Below, one piece after another: positions 1 through 7,283 of a stretch of 15,303 nucleotides of DNA. The DNA comes from Bdellovibrionales bacterium (GTDB lineage Bacteria > Bdellovibrionota > Bdellovibrionia > Bdellovibrionales > UBA1609), in assembly GCA_050246815.1 (NCBI GenBank), contig JBFWVI010000041.1, forward strand, positions 10,877 through 26,179. The letters are read 5' to 3'. The position numbers and the translations under genes were made by a program. The notes below the pieces were generated by a model, which did no database searches, was not told the DNA's origin, and worked only from the letters and a program-made list of their open reading frames with translations. The first letter of the stretch is position 1; each line of letters starts with the position of its first letter.

Positions 1-603
1 GAAGAGGTGTTGAACACCGAGCTCCGCCGCATAGGTTATCGTGAATTGGTCAATCAAAGCTATCGTGACCTGAAGGCCGCCGACAGTCGTTGGCTGGGCG
101 TAAGCATTTTAGGGCGAATCCTGGATGGCATGTACCAGCGCCATGGTCGAAGTATGGACACTCTTGAAATGTTCATCACCAACATGGAACTGCGTGACCC
201 GGTTGACAGCGAGGGGGACGCCGCCGATGAGGTGCAAATGATGACTTTGCATGCGTGCAAAGGCCTTGAGTTCCCATTGGTATTTTTATTGGGCCTTGAA
301 GAAGATCTTTTGCCACATGCCCGTTTGGGCCAAAATACGGATGAAGAGCGCCGTCTGTTTTACGTTGGCGTGACCAGGGCCAAACAGCACCTGATCATGA
401 CCCGCGTGCGCTATCGTAAGCGCTATGGCCAGTTGAAGCCCGTCGCCCCCTCGCGCTTTTTACTTGAGCTCGAGGGGAATAATTTGTTTTTGGAACACCA
501 AGACGCTCGCCCTTTAAAAGTAGGGCAACGCGAAGCCTTGCTTGCCGACCTTTTCAAAAAACTCGATAAAAAAATCGCCGCAAAAGAAGAAGCAGAGAAA
601 TAG
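1..603 (+). CDS. SF1 ATP-dependent DNA helicase, Rep/UvrD/PcrA family (3' part only; the gene starts before the window)
   Basis: Frame 1 is open from base 1. Motif V VQMMTLHACKGLEFPLVFL, motif VI EERRLFYVGVTRA and the PSRFLLEL tail. No C-terminal Tudor domain follows. Confidence 0.95.
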   Translation, partial: EEVLNTELRRIGYRELVNQSYRDLKAADSRWLGVSILGRILDGMYQRHGRSMDTLEMFITNMELRDPVDSEGDAADEVQMMTLHACKGLEFPLVFLLGLEEDLLPHARLGQNTDEERRLFYVGVTRAKQHLIMTRVRYRKRYGQLKPVAPSRFLLELEGNNLFLEHQDARPLKVGQREALLADLFKKLDKKIAAKEEAEK

Positions 604-607
604 GACA

Positions 608-664
608 AAAGCTCATCTCATTCATTGCCGCCGTCGGACTGCGGCAATTAATGAGATGAGCTTT
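608..664. terminator. Long inverted repeat (24-bp stem with 1 mismatch, 9-nt loop); possible bidirectional terminator or HUH recognition hairpin
   Basis: AAAGCTCATCTCATT-C-ATTGCCGC (608-631) pairs with GCGGCAAT-T-AATGAGATGAGCTTT (641-664), starting 4 nt after the helicase stop. The hairpin is certain; its function is inferred. Confidence 0.6.
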
Positions 665-668
665 AAAA

Positions 669-1018
669 ATTCATAAGGCGCAGGATTTTGAAGGTCGGGG
701 TGGACGGAGAACTCGGCCGGGCGCACGACCGTCAACTTCAGCTTCGAAATTAAACCCGCCTCTGCATCAGATGAATGGCCAATCATGGAAAAGACAAAAA
801 TGGTGCTGTCGTCGTTTCATGCGACAGCCTTGTGGATACAAAAGATTTCCCCTTAATAAGGGAGCCGCCTGACGCGAGGCTTAACCAGCGAGAAAAATTT
901 TCGATTCGCCGTTGGTGAGGGCACGCGACCTGAAAGATATTTTTTGATCAATTTATCATAATTTCAGGAAAAATGGGCTTAGCGGGTGAGAAAGGTGCGC
1001 ACCACAGGCGGACTCTTA
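669..1018. ncRNA. Candidate structured non-coding element (ncRNA or ssDNA hairpin array), family unassigned
   Basis: No ORF of 60 aa or more. Stems found by eye: 669-674/771-776, 676-680/757-761, 685-707/729-750, 805-812/821-828, 860-871/1005-1017, 884-890/910-916, 929-935/962-968. Confidence 0.4.
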
Positions 1019-1055
1019 AAATCATGATTTCATTAGTTAATTAAAGCTCTTTTTA

Positions 1056-1083
1056 TTGCCATTTGAGGATTCATAAATAATAT
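1056..1083 (+). promoter_or_regulatory. Putative sigma70 promoter for the HUH transposase gene
   Basis: TTGCCA (1056-1061), 16-nt spacer, TAATAT (1078-1083), in an AT-rich tract ~40 nt before the ATG at 1126. Confidence 0.35.
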
Positions 1084-1125
1084 TGCCCCAGATGGAAGTG
1101 TTATTAAAGAGGTGTTGAACGGGGC

Positions 1126-1740
1126 ATGAAACAGCAAGAACTCTTTCGTGTTTCAAAAAAAGTTTGGCATGGCGGGCATAAGCAAAAGGGCCGACGCAAG
1201 ACGGCCCGGCCGTTGGCCGCGAAAACTTGGCTGCATTTGGTTTTGAAGTCCGAGCGCGCTCGTGGGCACTGGAGTTTTTTAAAGACTCAAAATAAGCGAG
1301 TCGTCAGCCAGGTGCTGACGACACAATCTCGACGTTTTGGTGTGCAGATTGGTGAATGGGTGAATATGGGCAATCATTTGCACCTCAAGTGTCGCTTTCA
1401 AACTCGCAAAGAGTTTCAAAATTTTTTGCGTACGGTCACGGCTTTGATTGCGCGACACATAACCGGGGCTCGGCGCGGAATGAGGGTGGGACGTTTTTGG
1501 CAGGGGTTGGCTTTCACGCGCCTGCTGCGCACGAATTTTGAGGTGTTGCAACTGCGGAGCTATTTCAGGGCCAATCTTTTAGAAAGAGAGCATAGCGCTG
1601 AGGCGCGAACTCGCAAGCTGAAAGAGTTTCAGCACTGGCTTAAGTTGATCAGTCAAGAAAAACCAAGGTTGAAATCACCGCCGAAAAGGGTAGATTGCGC
1701 AGATCATGACAGACTTGAAGTTCGACAATCGATTTTTTGA
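1126..1740 (+). CDS. Y1 HUH tyrosine transposase/endonuclease, RAYT-like (IS200/IS605 TnpA superfamily)
   Basis: N-terminal strand LHLVLKS (H37), HUH motif MGNHLHL (H84/H86), FWQ (124-126), catalytic helix SYFRAN (Y146-x3-N150; YxxxN is RAYT-like, whereas IS200 TnpA has YxxxQ). Very basic N-terminal arm HGGHKQKGRRKTARP. Confidence 0.85.
   Translation: MKQQELFRVSKKVWHGGHKQKGRRKTARPLAAKTWLHLVLKSERARGHWSFLKTQNKRVVSQVLTTQSRRFGVQIGEWVNMGNHLHLKCRFQTRKEFQNFLRTVTALIARHITGARRGMRVGRFWQGLAFTRLLRTNFEVLQLRSYFRANLLEREHSAEARTRKLKEFQHWLKLISQEKPRLKSPPKRVDCADHDRLEVRQSIF
1669..1696 (+). promoter_or_regulatory. Putative sigma70 promoter for selO inside the transposase 3' end (near-leaderless mRNA)
   Basis: TTGAAA (1669-1674), 16-nt spacer, TAGATT (1691-1696). 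The selO ATG follows 9 nt later with no clear Shine-Dalgarno sequence. Confidence 0.45.
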
Positions 1741-3283
1741 AGAATTGCCGGGCGACACCGGACCTGCGCATGAACCTCGAACAACTTCACGGGTCAGTTA
1801 TGCACGAGTCGAGCCCACACCTGTGCTTGAACCTGAGCTTGTGATCTGGTCGGCCGAGGCGGGCATTCTGCTCGACTTGGCGGAACCAAAAGACAGCAAA
1901 GGCGAAGAAGCCTTGATCTTCAGTGGCAACCAACTGCTCAAAGGCGCAAGTCCCTACGCCACTCGCTATGGCGGACATCAGTTTGGGCACTGGGCCGGGC
2001 AGTTGGGGGATGGGCGAGCCATCAGTTTGGGCGAAGTGATCAACAAAAAGGGGCAGCGCTGGGAAGTGCAGTTGAAAGGTGCGGGGTTGACCCCTTATTC
2101 ACGCACGGCAGATGGCCGCGCGGTTTTAAGATCAAGCCTTCGCGAATTTTTATGCAGCGAAGCCATGTCACATTTAGGAGTGCCCACCACACGCGCACTT
2201 TGTTTGGTGAAAACCGGTGAGCCCGTTTTGCGCGATATGTTCTACGATGGCAACGTGTTGCCCGAGCCTGGCGCGATCGTCACTCGGTTGGCGCCGACCT
2301 TTTTACGTTTTGGTCACTATCAGATTCACGCGGCCAATAGTGAAGACGACCTGCTTAAATCTTTGGTTGAATACACCTTGAAATATCATTTCCCTGAAAT
2401 CACCGGCAGTTTTGAACAAAAATTAATCTCCTGGTTTGAAGAAGTTTGTGTGCGCACGGCTGGCTTGATGGTCGAATGGCTGCGGGTTGGCTTTGTTCAT
2501 GGCGTGATGAACACGGACAATATGTCGATTTTGGGTCTGACCATCGATTACGGTCCTTACGGCTGGCTAGATGTTTATGACCCCCATTGGACTCCCAATA
2601 CGACCGACACCCAAAGGCGTTACGCCTTTGGCCAGCAGCCAGCCGTGGCTTTTTGGAATCTGAATCAGTTGGCCAATGCGCTGGCCGTTTTGGTGTCTGA
2701 CACCCAGGGTTTGGTCAAAGGGCTCGAGCTTTACAAGGTCAGCTTTTCGGCGACTTTTGCCATGATGATTGCCGGCAAACTAGGACTGCAAAATCTCAAT
2801 GATGTCGAAGATAAAATGCTGGTGCAACAATTGGACGCAGCCCTTCAAGCCAGCGAAATCGATATGACAATCTTCTATCGCCAGTTGGCACACTTACATG
2901 GTCATGTCGGTGACCTAAGCGGAGAGACGTTTATGAAAACTATGGGCGCGGCATTTTACTCCGCCACACCGGATGAAAAATCTGTTCGACAGTTGAAGGT
3001 TTGGACCGAAGGGTATCTGCGCCGCTGTGTCCAGGACACCAGGCCCATAGCTGAAATTAAAACCCTGATGAATTCAACCAACCCCGTGTTTATTTTGCGC
3101 AATTACCTGGTGCAACAGGCTTTGGATGAGTTGGCAGAGGGCCAGCGTGGACTGCTGGATGCTTTGATGAAAGCGCTTAAAACGCCTTATGAGCTGAACT
3201 CAGCGACCTCAGCGTTTGTGGGCAAACGGCCGGAATGGGCCCGAACCAAAGCGGGTTGCGCGGCCTTGTCTTGTAGTTCTTGA
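1706..3283 (+). CDS. selO: Protein adenylyltransferase SelO (YdiU family)
   Basis: YGGHQFG, GQLGDGRA, QLKGAGLTPYSRTADGRAVLRSSLREFLCSEAM, GFVHGVMNTDNMSILG, TIDYGPYGW, NPxFILRNYL and the C-terminal CAALSCSS. Confidence 0.97.
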   Translation: MTDLKFDNRFFEELPGDTGPAHEPRTTSRVSYARVEPTPVLEPELVIWSAEAGILLDLAEPKDSKGEEALIFSGNQLLKGASPYATRYGGHQFGHWAGQLGDGRAISLGEVINKKGQRWEVQLKGAGLTPYSRTADGRAVLRSSLREFLCSEAMSHLGVPTTRALCLVKTGEPVLRDMFYDGNVLPEPGAIVTRLAPTFLRFGHYQIHAANSEDDLLKSLVEYTLKYHFPEITGSFEQKLISWFEEVCVRTAGLMVEWLRVGFVHGVMNTDNMSILGLTIDYGPYGWLDVYDPHWTPNTTDTQRRYAFGQQPAVAFWNLNQLANALAVLVSDTQGLVKGLELYKVSFSATFAMMIAGKLGLQNLNDVEDKMLVQQLDAALQASEIDMTIFYRQLAHLHGHVGDLSGETFMKTMGAAFYSATPDEKSVRQLKVWTEGYLRRCVQDTRPIAEIKTLMNSTNPVFILRNYLVQQALDELAEGQRGLLDALMKALKTPYELNSATSAFVGKRPEWARTKAGCAALSCSS

Positions 3284-3308
3284 CGCGGGGCCCGATTATC
3301 CGCATGAT
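3280..3308 (+). promoter_or_regulatory. Putative sigma70 promoter for the gene at 3339
   Basis: TTGACG (3280-3285, overlapping the selO stop), 17-nt spacer, CATGAT (3303-3308); AGGAG RBS at 3325-3329. Confidence 0.45.
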
Positions 3309-3338
3309 GTCGCCTTAATTCAGCAGGAGTCGAATTGT

Positions 3339-3791
3339 ATGCGTTCTGTGACCGAGTTTCCCGTTCATAAGTTGAATGATGCTTCCAAAATGAAGGCCAC
3401 CCTCGCCGGCGAGGGCAAAACCCCCGAAGAGATTTCGGCCAGCATCGGCGAAAAATATAAATATGAAGGCGACAAGTTGAAGCACTTCATGAATGCCATC
3501 GAAGTGGCCACACAAAATCCCGAGCGGTTGCATCGCGTGGCGGTTGTGGCCTTGAATGAAGGTGAAAACGCACCGGCCAAAGCGGTCAAAATAGAAGAGC
3601 ACCATTATATTCCTGAGTTTGGAACCGATCCTCGCCCAGTGAACAAAGAAAAAGCTCCGCCCCCCGGCAGCAACCGTGGCAAAGGCAAAGATCGCAGCGG
3701 TCCCAAAGAGTCCCCTTGGGGACTTTCGCCTGAACAAAAAGCGGCCAAAAAAGCCGGTGGTGGCAACAAGCCAGGACCAAAGACCCCGTAG
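3339..3791 (+). CDS. Hypothetical cytoplasmic protein (150 aa) with a basic Lys/Gly/Pro-rich, probably disordered C-terminal tail
   Basis: Start moved from 3216 to the ATG at 3339, which has an AGGAG RBS and avoids overlap with selO. About 95 aa look folded, followed by the low-complexity tail. Confidence 0.85.
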   Translation: MRSVTEFPVHKLNDASKMKATLAGEGKTPEEISASIGEKYKYEGDKLKHFMNAIEVATQNPERLHRVAVVALNEGENAPAKAVKIEEHHYIPEFGTDPRPVNKEKAPPPGSNRGKGKDRSGPKESPWGLSPEQKAAKKAGGGNKPGPKTP

Positions 3792-3800
3792 TTTTTGTAT

Positions 3801-4655
3801 TCAGGCTTTCGTGGCCTGTAGATTCATTTGTTCTTGAAGACGGCCTTGAATGAATTCAAGGCCGTGTTTTTTTTCAAGAGCGCGCAAGGCGAAGTGGTAT
3901 TTAGCCGCTTTGACAAAAAATTCGCAAAACGCATAATTCAAAAGTCCGCCACCGACGGCGCCTGCGATGGGCACGCTTTCTGCGATAAATTTTTGCGTCA
4001 CACGGATTTGAAAAGCTTCGGCCACCTGCTGAATCAATTTTGCCAACAGCGGTGAAGCCCCACTTTTAAGGGACAACAAAATTTCTTTAGCCGAAAGTCC
4101 GGTCGCGGTTCCGGCTAACTTTTGCACCAGCTGTGAAAAGGCGATGCGGGTGGCGAAATAAGCCGAGTTGGCGGCATCATCCGCGCGATTGGGCGTGCCG
4201 AGGCTAAAAATCAAAAGACATTCAAGGCGAGTCTCTGTGTCGTGGATGTCATGGCCATGCAGTCGTGCTTGGTCCAAAATACCACGCAATATTAAAACCG
4301 TCGTCAGGGGCAGTTCGACTGGCAAAGCCACAAGCCCAAGCAACCCACCCACGGCTCCCGCAGCCGTGGCGGCGCCTTGATGCAGCCATGAGGACTTCAT
4401 TGAAGCTTGTGGTGTGCTGCTTCTTAGCTCTTCTTTGGGCAGACTGACCAAAGCCGCTTGCAGAGCTTTTTTGATCGCTTTTTCAGAGGCCGCGCCGATC
4501 GCTGTTTTGACACGAGCGGGCAGTTTGTCATGGGCTGCCTCGATGGGTCGCCCAATCCAGCTTAAAGATTTGGCCAAGGCGCCAGGGTTGGTAAAAAACA
4601 CGGCGGCGTCTTGAATTAACTCATTTTCACTGGGCGAGAGTGCAGGTTGAGCCAT
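3801..4655 (-). CDS. EcsC family protein
   Basis: GAVGGLLGLVALPVELPLTTVLILRGI..ARLHG, RLECLLIFSLG, YFATR and QKFIAESVPIAGAVGGGLLNYAF match the EcsC family pattern. Confidence 0.88.
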   Translation of the reverse strand: MAQPALSPSENELIQDAAVFFTNPGALAKSLSWIGRPIEAAHDKLPARVKTAIGAASEKAIKKALQAALVSLPKEELRSSTPQASMKSSWLHQGAATAAGAVGGLLGLVALPVELPLTTVLILRGILDQARLHGHDIHDTETRLECLLIFSLGTPNRADDAANSAYFATRIAFSQLVQKLAGTATGLSAKEILLSLKSGASPLLAKLIQQVAEAFQIRVTQKFIAESVPIAGAVGGGLLNYAFCEFFVKAAKYHFALRALEKKHGLEFIQGRLQEQMNLQATKA

Positions 4656-4746
4656 GGCTCGCCATTATTGCCCTTTTTACAAATCGGCACAATCGATTCG
4701 TTTGCGCACAGGGTTGAGGCAGGATAGGCCCCAACAAGGGGGATTT

Positions 4747-5364
4747 ATGAACAGAGGTATGCTGATATTCAGTTTGATTCTGATAGGCACTGAAGTTGGG
4801 GCCGAAACCATGACCTGCGCCGTGGGAGTTTACCGGGCCGAAAATATGATCAATGAAAAACAAAGGCCTGAAGACACCAACCAGCTGGTCCGTGTTCCTT
4901 TGACCGATGAGGGGGGTGAGTTCGAAACCAAAATCAATGGTGAAAAAGTGGCCGTGACTTTGAACAAACGTCAGTTCACGGACCTCTATGATTTGAATGT
5001 GGTTTTGATGACTCCCGTCGTGGACCACCAAGAACGCACTTCTTTTGTCGCGGCTTTTGACGAGCACCTGATCAACGCAGGGCCGGCCAAAAATAATGGT
5101 TGGACAATTGATTACCAACCAGGTGCTGAGAAATATGAATTTCTGCAGCGCAGCAGTGGCACATTCGCCGTCACACCCAAATTGAGAAAAGCCATGATTG
5201 CGGCAGGTCTGTGGGGCAAACACCCTTTTACGACCTCGTCGATGGACGTCCAATACGGCAGCAAAGTGGCCGAGGCCGTTCAGGAACTTTTGAATGACAA
5301 AAGGCTTTCACCTAAGGATGTGGTGGGCATCAGTGCCACATTCAGTTGCACCAAAAATAAGTAA
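4747..5364 (+). CDS. Secreted hypothetical protein (205 aa)
   Basis: Start moved to the ATG at 4747, preceded by a G-rich RBS. Signal peptide MNRGMLIFSLILIGTEVGA. One Cys near each terminus of the mature protein, a possible disulfide. Confidence 0.8.
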   Translation: MNRGMLIFSLILIGTEVGAETMTCAVGVYRAENMINEKQRPEDTNQLVRVPLTDEGGEFETKINGEKVAVTLNKRQFTDLYDLNVVLMTPVVDHQERTSFVAAFDEHLINAGPAKNNGWTIDYQPGAEKYEFLQRSSGTFAVTPKLRKAMIAAGLWGKHPFTTSSMDVQYGSKVAEAVQELLNDKRLSPKDVVGISATFSCTKNK

Positions 5365-5436
5365 CTGCAAAAAAAGTGTGGGGTGCTAAAAGACTATGTT
5401 AGGGTGGCCGGCTTAAAGCCACCTGAAGGATTTTTT

Positions 5437-6636
5437 ATGGCCAAAAAACGCACTCATGACCACTTGTTCCAGGAAGACCAGGTCGTTGCCCCCGAAAATG
5501 AATTTGACGCGCTTTTGACCGGCACTGCCGTGCAAAGTCGTCGATTTGCGCCGGGTGATCGTTTGAGTGGTGAAATTTTGGCGGTCAGCGGCCAAGAGGC
5601 CTTTGTTTCCACCGGCACGGCCATTGATGCCATTATGCCTTTCGCCATTGGCCCCGACGTTCAACCGCCCAAGGTGGGAGATCGTGTCGAGGTTATTGTA
5701 GTCCGTACCCGCGACAACGAAATTTTTGTGAAAGCCGTGGGATCGCGTGGCGTCGGAATTGAAGCCGACAATCTAGAAGACGCGTATAAGATGGAAATCC
5801 CCGTGGATGGCACCGTGCTTGAAGCCGTCAAAGGCGGCTTTCGCGTGAAGGTGCAGGCCATCAAGGCATTTTGCCCGATTTCGCAAATGGACTTTCGAGT
5901 GGTGAGTGCGGAAGACTATGTTGGCAAAAAATTTAGTTTTTTGATCACGAAATACGAGCGCGGTCGGGATCTGGTGGTCTCGCGCCGAAAGATTTTAGAG
6001 GGTGATCGGGCTGCTAGTGAAGCCCAGTTTCTACAAAATGCCAAAGTGGACGATGTGTTTTCTGGCACCGTTTTTCGTTTGGAAAAATATGGTGCTTTTG
6101 TGCGCCTGCAAAATGGTGTTGAAGGTTTGATCCCGATCAGCGAAATCAGCTGGGGCCGGATCAACCATCTGCAAGATGTTTTGAATCTCGATCAAAATGT
6201 TCAAGTGAAGTTGCTAAAGGCTTCGCAAGAAGAGGGGCGCTTAAAACTGAGCTTTTCGGTGAAACAAGGCGGCAGTGTGGTCGACCCCTGGTTGGCGTTG
6301 CCGTCACAATTTCCGGTGGGTACGCAGGTGGAGGGCGTGGTTGAAGGCAAAGAGTCCTTTGGCCTTTTTGTTAATATTGCCTCTGGTGTGACGGGACTGT
6401 TGCCGCGCTCGGCGTGGCGCGAATCCACCGAAGGTTCGCAGTATGAAAACAAGCGTCGCGGCGACAAGATTAAAGTTCAAATACAGAACATCGATCTGGA
6501 TGCTCGCAAGCTTTCGTTTACGTTGCCGGGAGAAGAGGTCGATGACAGTTGGCGGGGACATGCTTCTGCAGCGGCCACGAAGTCCGGGGGTATGGGCACT
6601 TTCGCGGATCTGCTTAAGGGCGTGAAGCCGAAGTAG
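5437..6636 (+). CDS. S1 RNA-binding protein; short 4-domain ribosomal protein S1-like
   Basis: Four S1 repeats (GDRLSGEILAV; VDGTVLEAVKGGFRV..AFCPISQMD; FSGTVFRLEKYGAFV..GVEGLIPISEISW; VGTQVEGVV..FGLFV..GVTGLLP) and a GMGTFADLL tail. ATG at 5437 follows GAAGGA. Confidence 0.9.
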   Translation: MAKKRTHDHLFQEDQVVAPENEFDALLTGTAVQSRRFAPGDRLSGEILAVSGQEAFVSTGTAIDAIMPFAIGPDVQPPKVGDRVEVIVVRTRDNEIFVKAVGSRGVGIEADNLEDAYKMEIPVDGTVLEAVKGGFRVKVQAIKAFCPISQMDFRVVSAEDYVGKKFSFLITKYERGRDLVVSRRKILEGDRAASEAQFLQNAKVDDVFSGTVFRLEKYGAFVRLQNGVEGLIPISEISWGRINHLQDVLNLDQNVQVKLLKASQEEGRLKLSFSVKQGGSVVDPWLALPSQFPVGTQVEGVVEGKESFGLFVNIASGVTGLLPRSAWRESTEGSQYENKRRGDKIKVQIQNIDLDARKLSFTLPGEEVDDSWRGHASAAATKSGGMGTFADLLKGVKPK

Positions 6637-7252
6637 ATTTGCGATACGCAGTCAGTTGTAAAGTCGTCCAGGCCAGGATTGCGCCGATGATCGCCAAAGC
6701 CTGGTCTTTTTGAGCGTCAAATTCATCACCCTGCACGCCTAAAAAATCAGCCCCGGTGCCGCCACCAAAAGTTTCAGCCACCGCCCATTCAATCAGCTCG
6801 TAAAAAGTGGACCCGCAAATCAAGATCAGAAACGTCAGCACGTAAATTAAAAATGGTCGGGCCTTAAAACGTTTGCTCAGCCATTCGCTGATGGGCAGAA
6901 AGGGCAGCAGGCCGAATAAAAAATGAACCAACCGGTCATAATCATTACGCTTAAAATCTACACTTAGGCCGCTTAAATGTTGCAACCATTCTGCCCAGGG
7001 GACCTTCGAGTAGGTGTAGTGTGAGCCGATGGTATGAAAGACAAAAAACAAAAAAAGAAGAAAGTAGCTAGTTTTGGAGATCAATTGTTTGTGCCAGGTC
7101 CAAAGCACAAGCGGAGCCAAGACCAAAACCAACAGGTTTTCAAGTAACCAGGTGGCACGGTCGATGGGTTGAATGGCCATGGCCAACCAGAAGGCGGCAT
7201 AAATAAGATTAAGTGCACCGGCAAAACCCATCATCACAAGTACAGTAATCAA
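6614..7252 (-). CDS. DUF2238 (YjdF-like) inner membrane protein
   Basis: TWLLEN, HTIGSHYTYSKVP, RNDYDRLVHFLFG, FYELIEW and FLGVQGDEFDAQKD with several hydrophobic helices. The start could be the ATG at 7234. Overlaps the S1 gene end convergently by 23 nt. Confidence 0.92.
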   Translation of the reverse strand: MITVLVMMGFAGALNLIYAAFWLAMAIQPIDRATWLLENLLVLVLAPLVLWTWHKQLISKTSYFLLFLFFVFHTIGSHYTYSKVPWAEWLQHLSGLSVDFKRNDYDRLVHFLFGLLPFLPISEWLSKRFKARPFLIYVLTFLILICGSTFYELIEWAVAETFGGGTGADFLGVQGDEFDAQKDQALAIIGAILAWTTLQLTAYRKSTSASRP

Positions 7253-7283
7253 AAATTCATAAATTCACAATTGTGTAGGCACT

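Noticed and set aside
622..786. 54-aa minus-strand ORF (MIGHSSDAEAG...RRRQ)
   Set aside because: No clear RBS, no recognisable motif, and it runs through two long hairpins. The LKLIS match to the transposase tail is not supported at nucleotide level.
831..839. DnaA-box-like TGTGGATAC
   Set aside because: Single copy with one mismatch; no box cluster, so no support for an origin.
665..1020. tmRNA, RNase P RNA, tRNA or c-di-GMP riboswitch
   Set aside because: I found no tRNA-like acceptor and T-arm ends, no GAGGAAAGUCC core and no GEMM consensus on either strand.
1126..1740. Complete IS200/IS605 element with tnpB
   Set aside because: No tnpB/iscB ORF and no identifiable right end, so it is not called as a mobile element.
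3257..3330. Selenocysteine read-through at the selO TGA stop
   Set aside because: The protein already ends in the normal Cys-type SCSS terminus, and the TGA is at the usual stop position rather than the Sec position.
7266..7275. Palindrome CACAATTGTG upstream of the DUF2238 gene
   Set aside because: Only 10 bp and single-copy; cannot be distinguished from chance.
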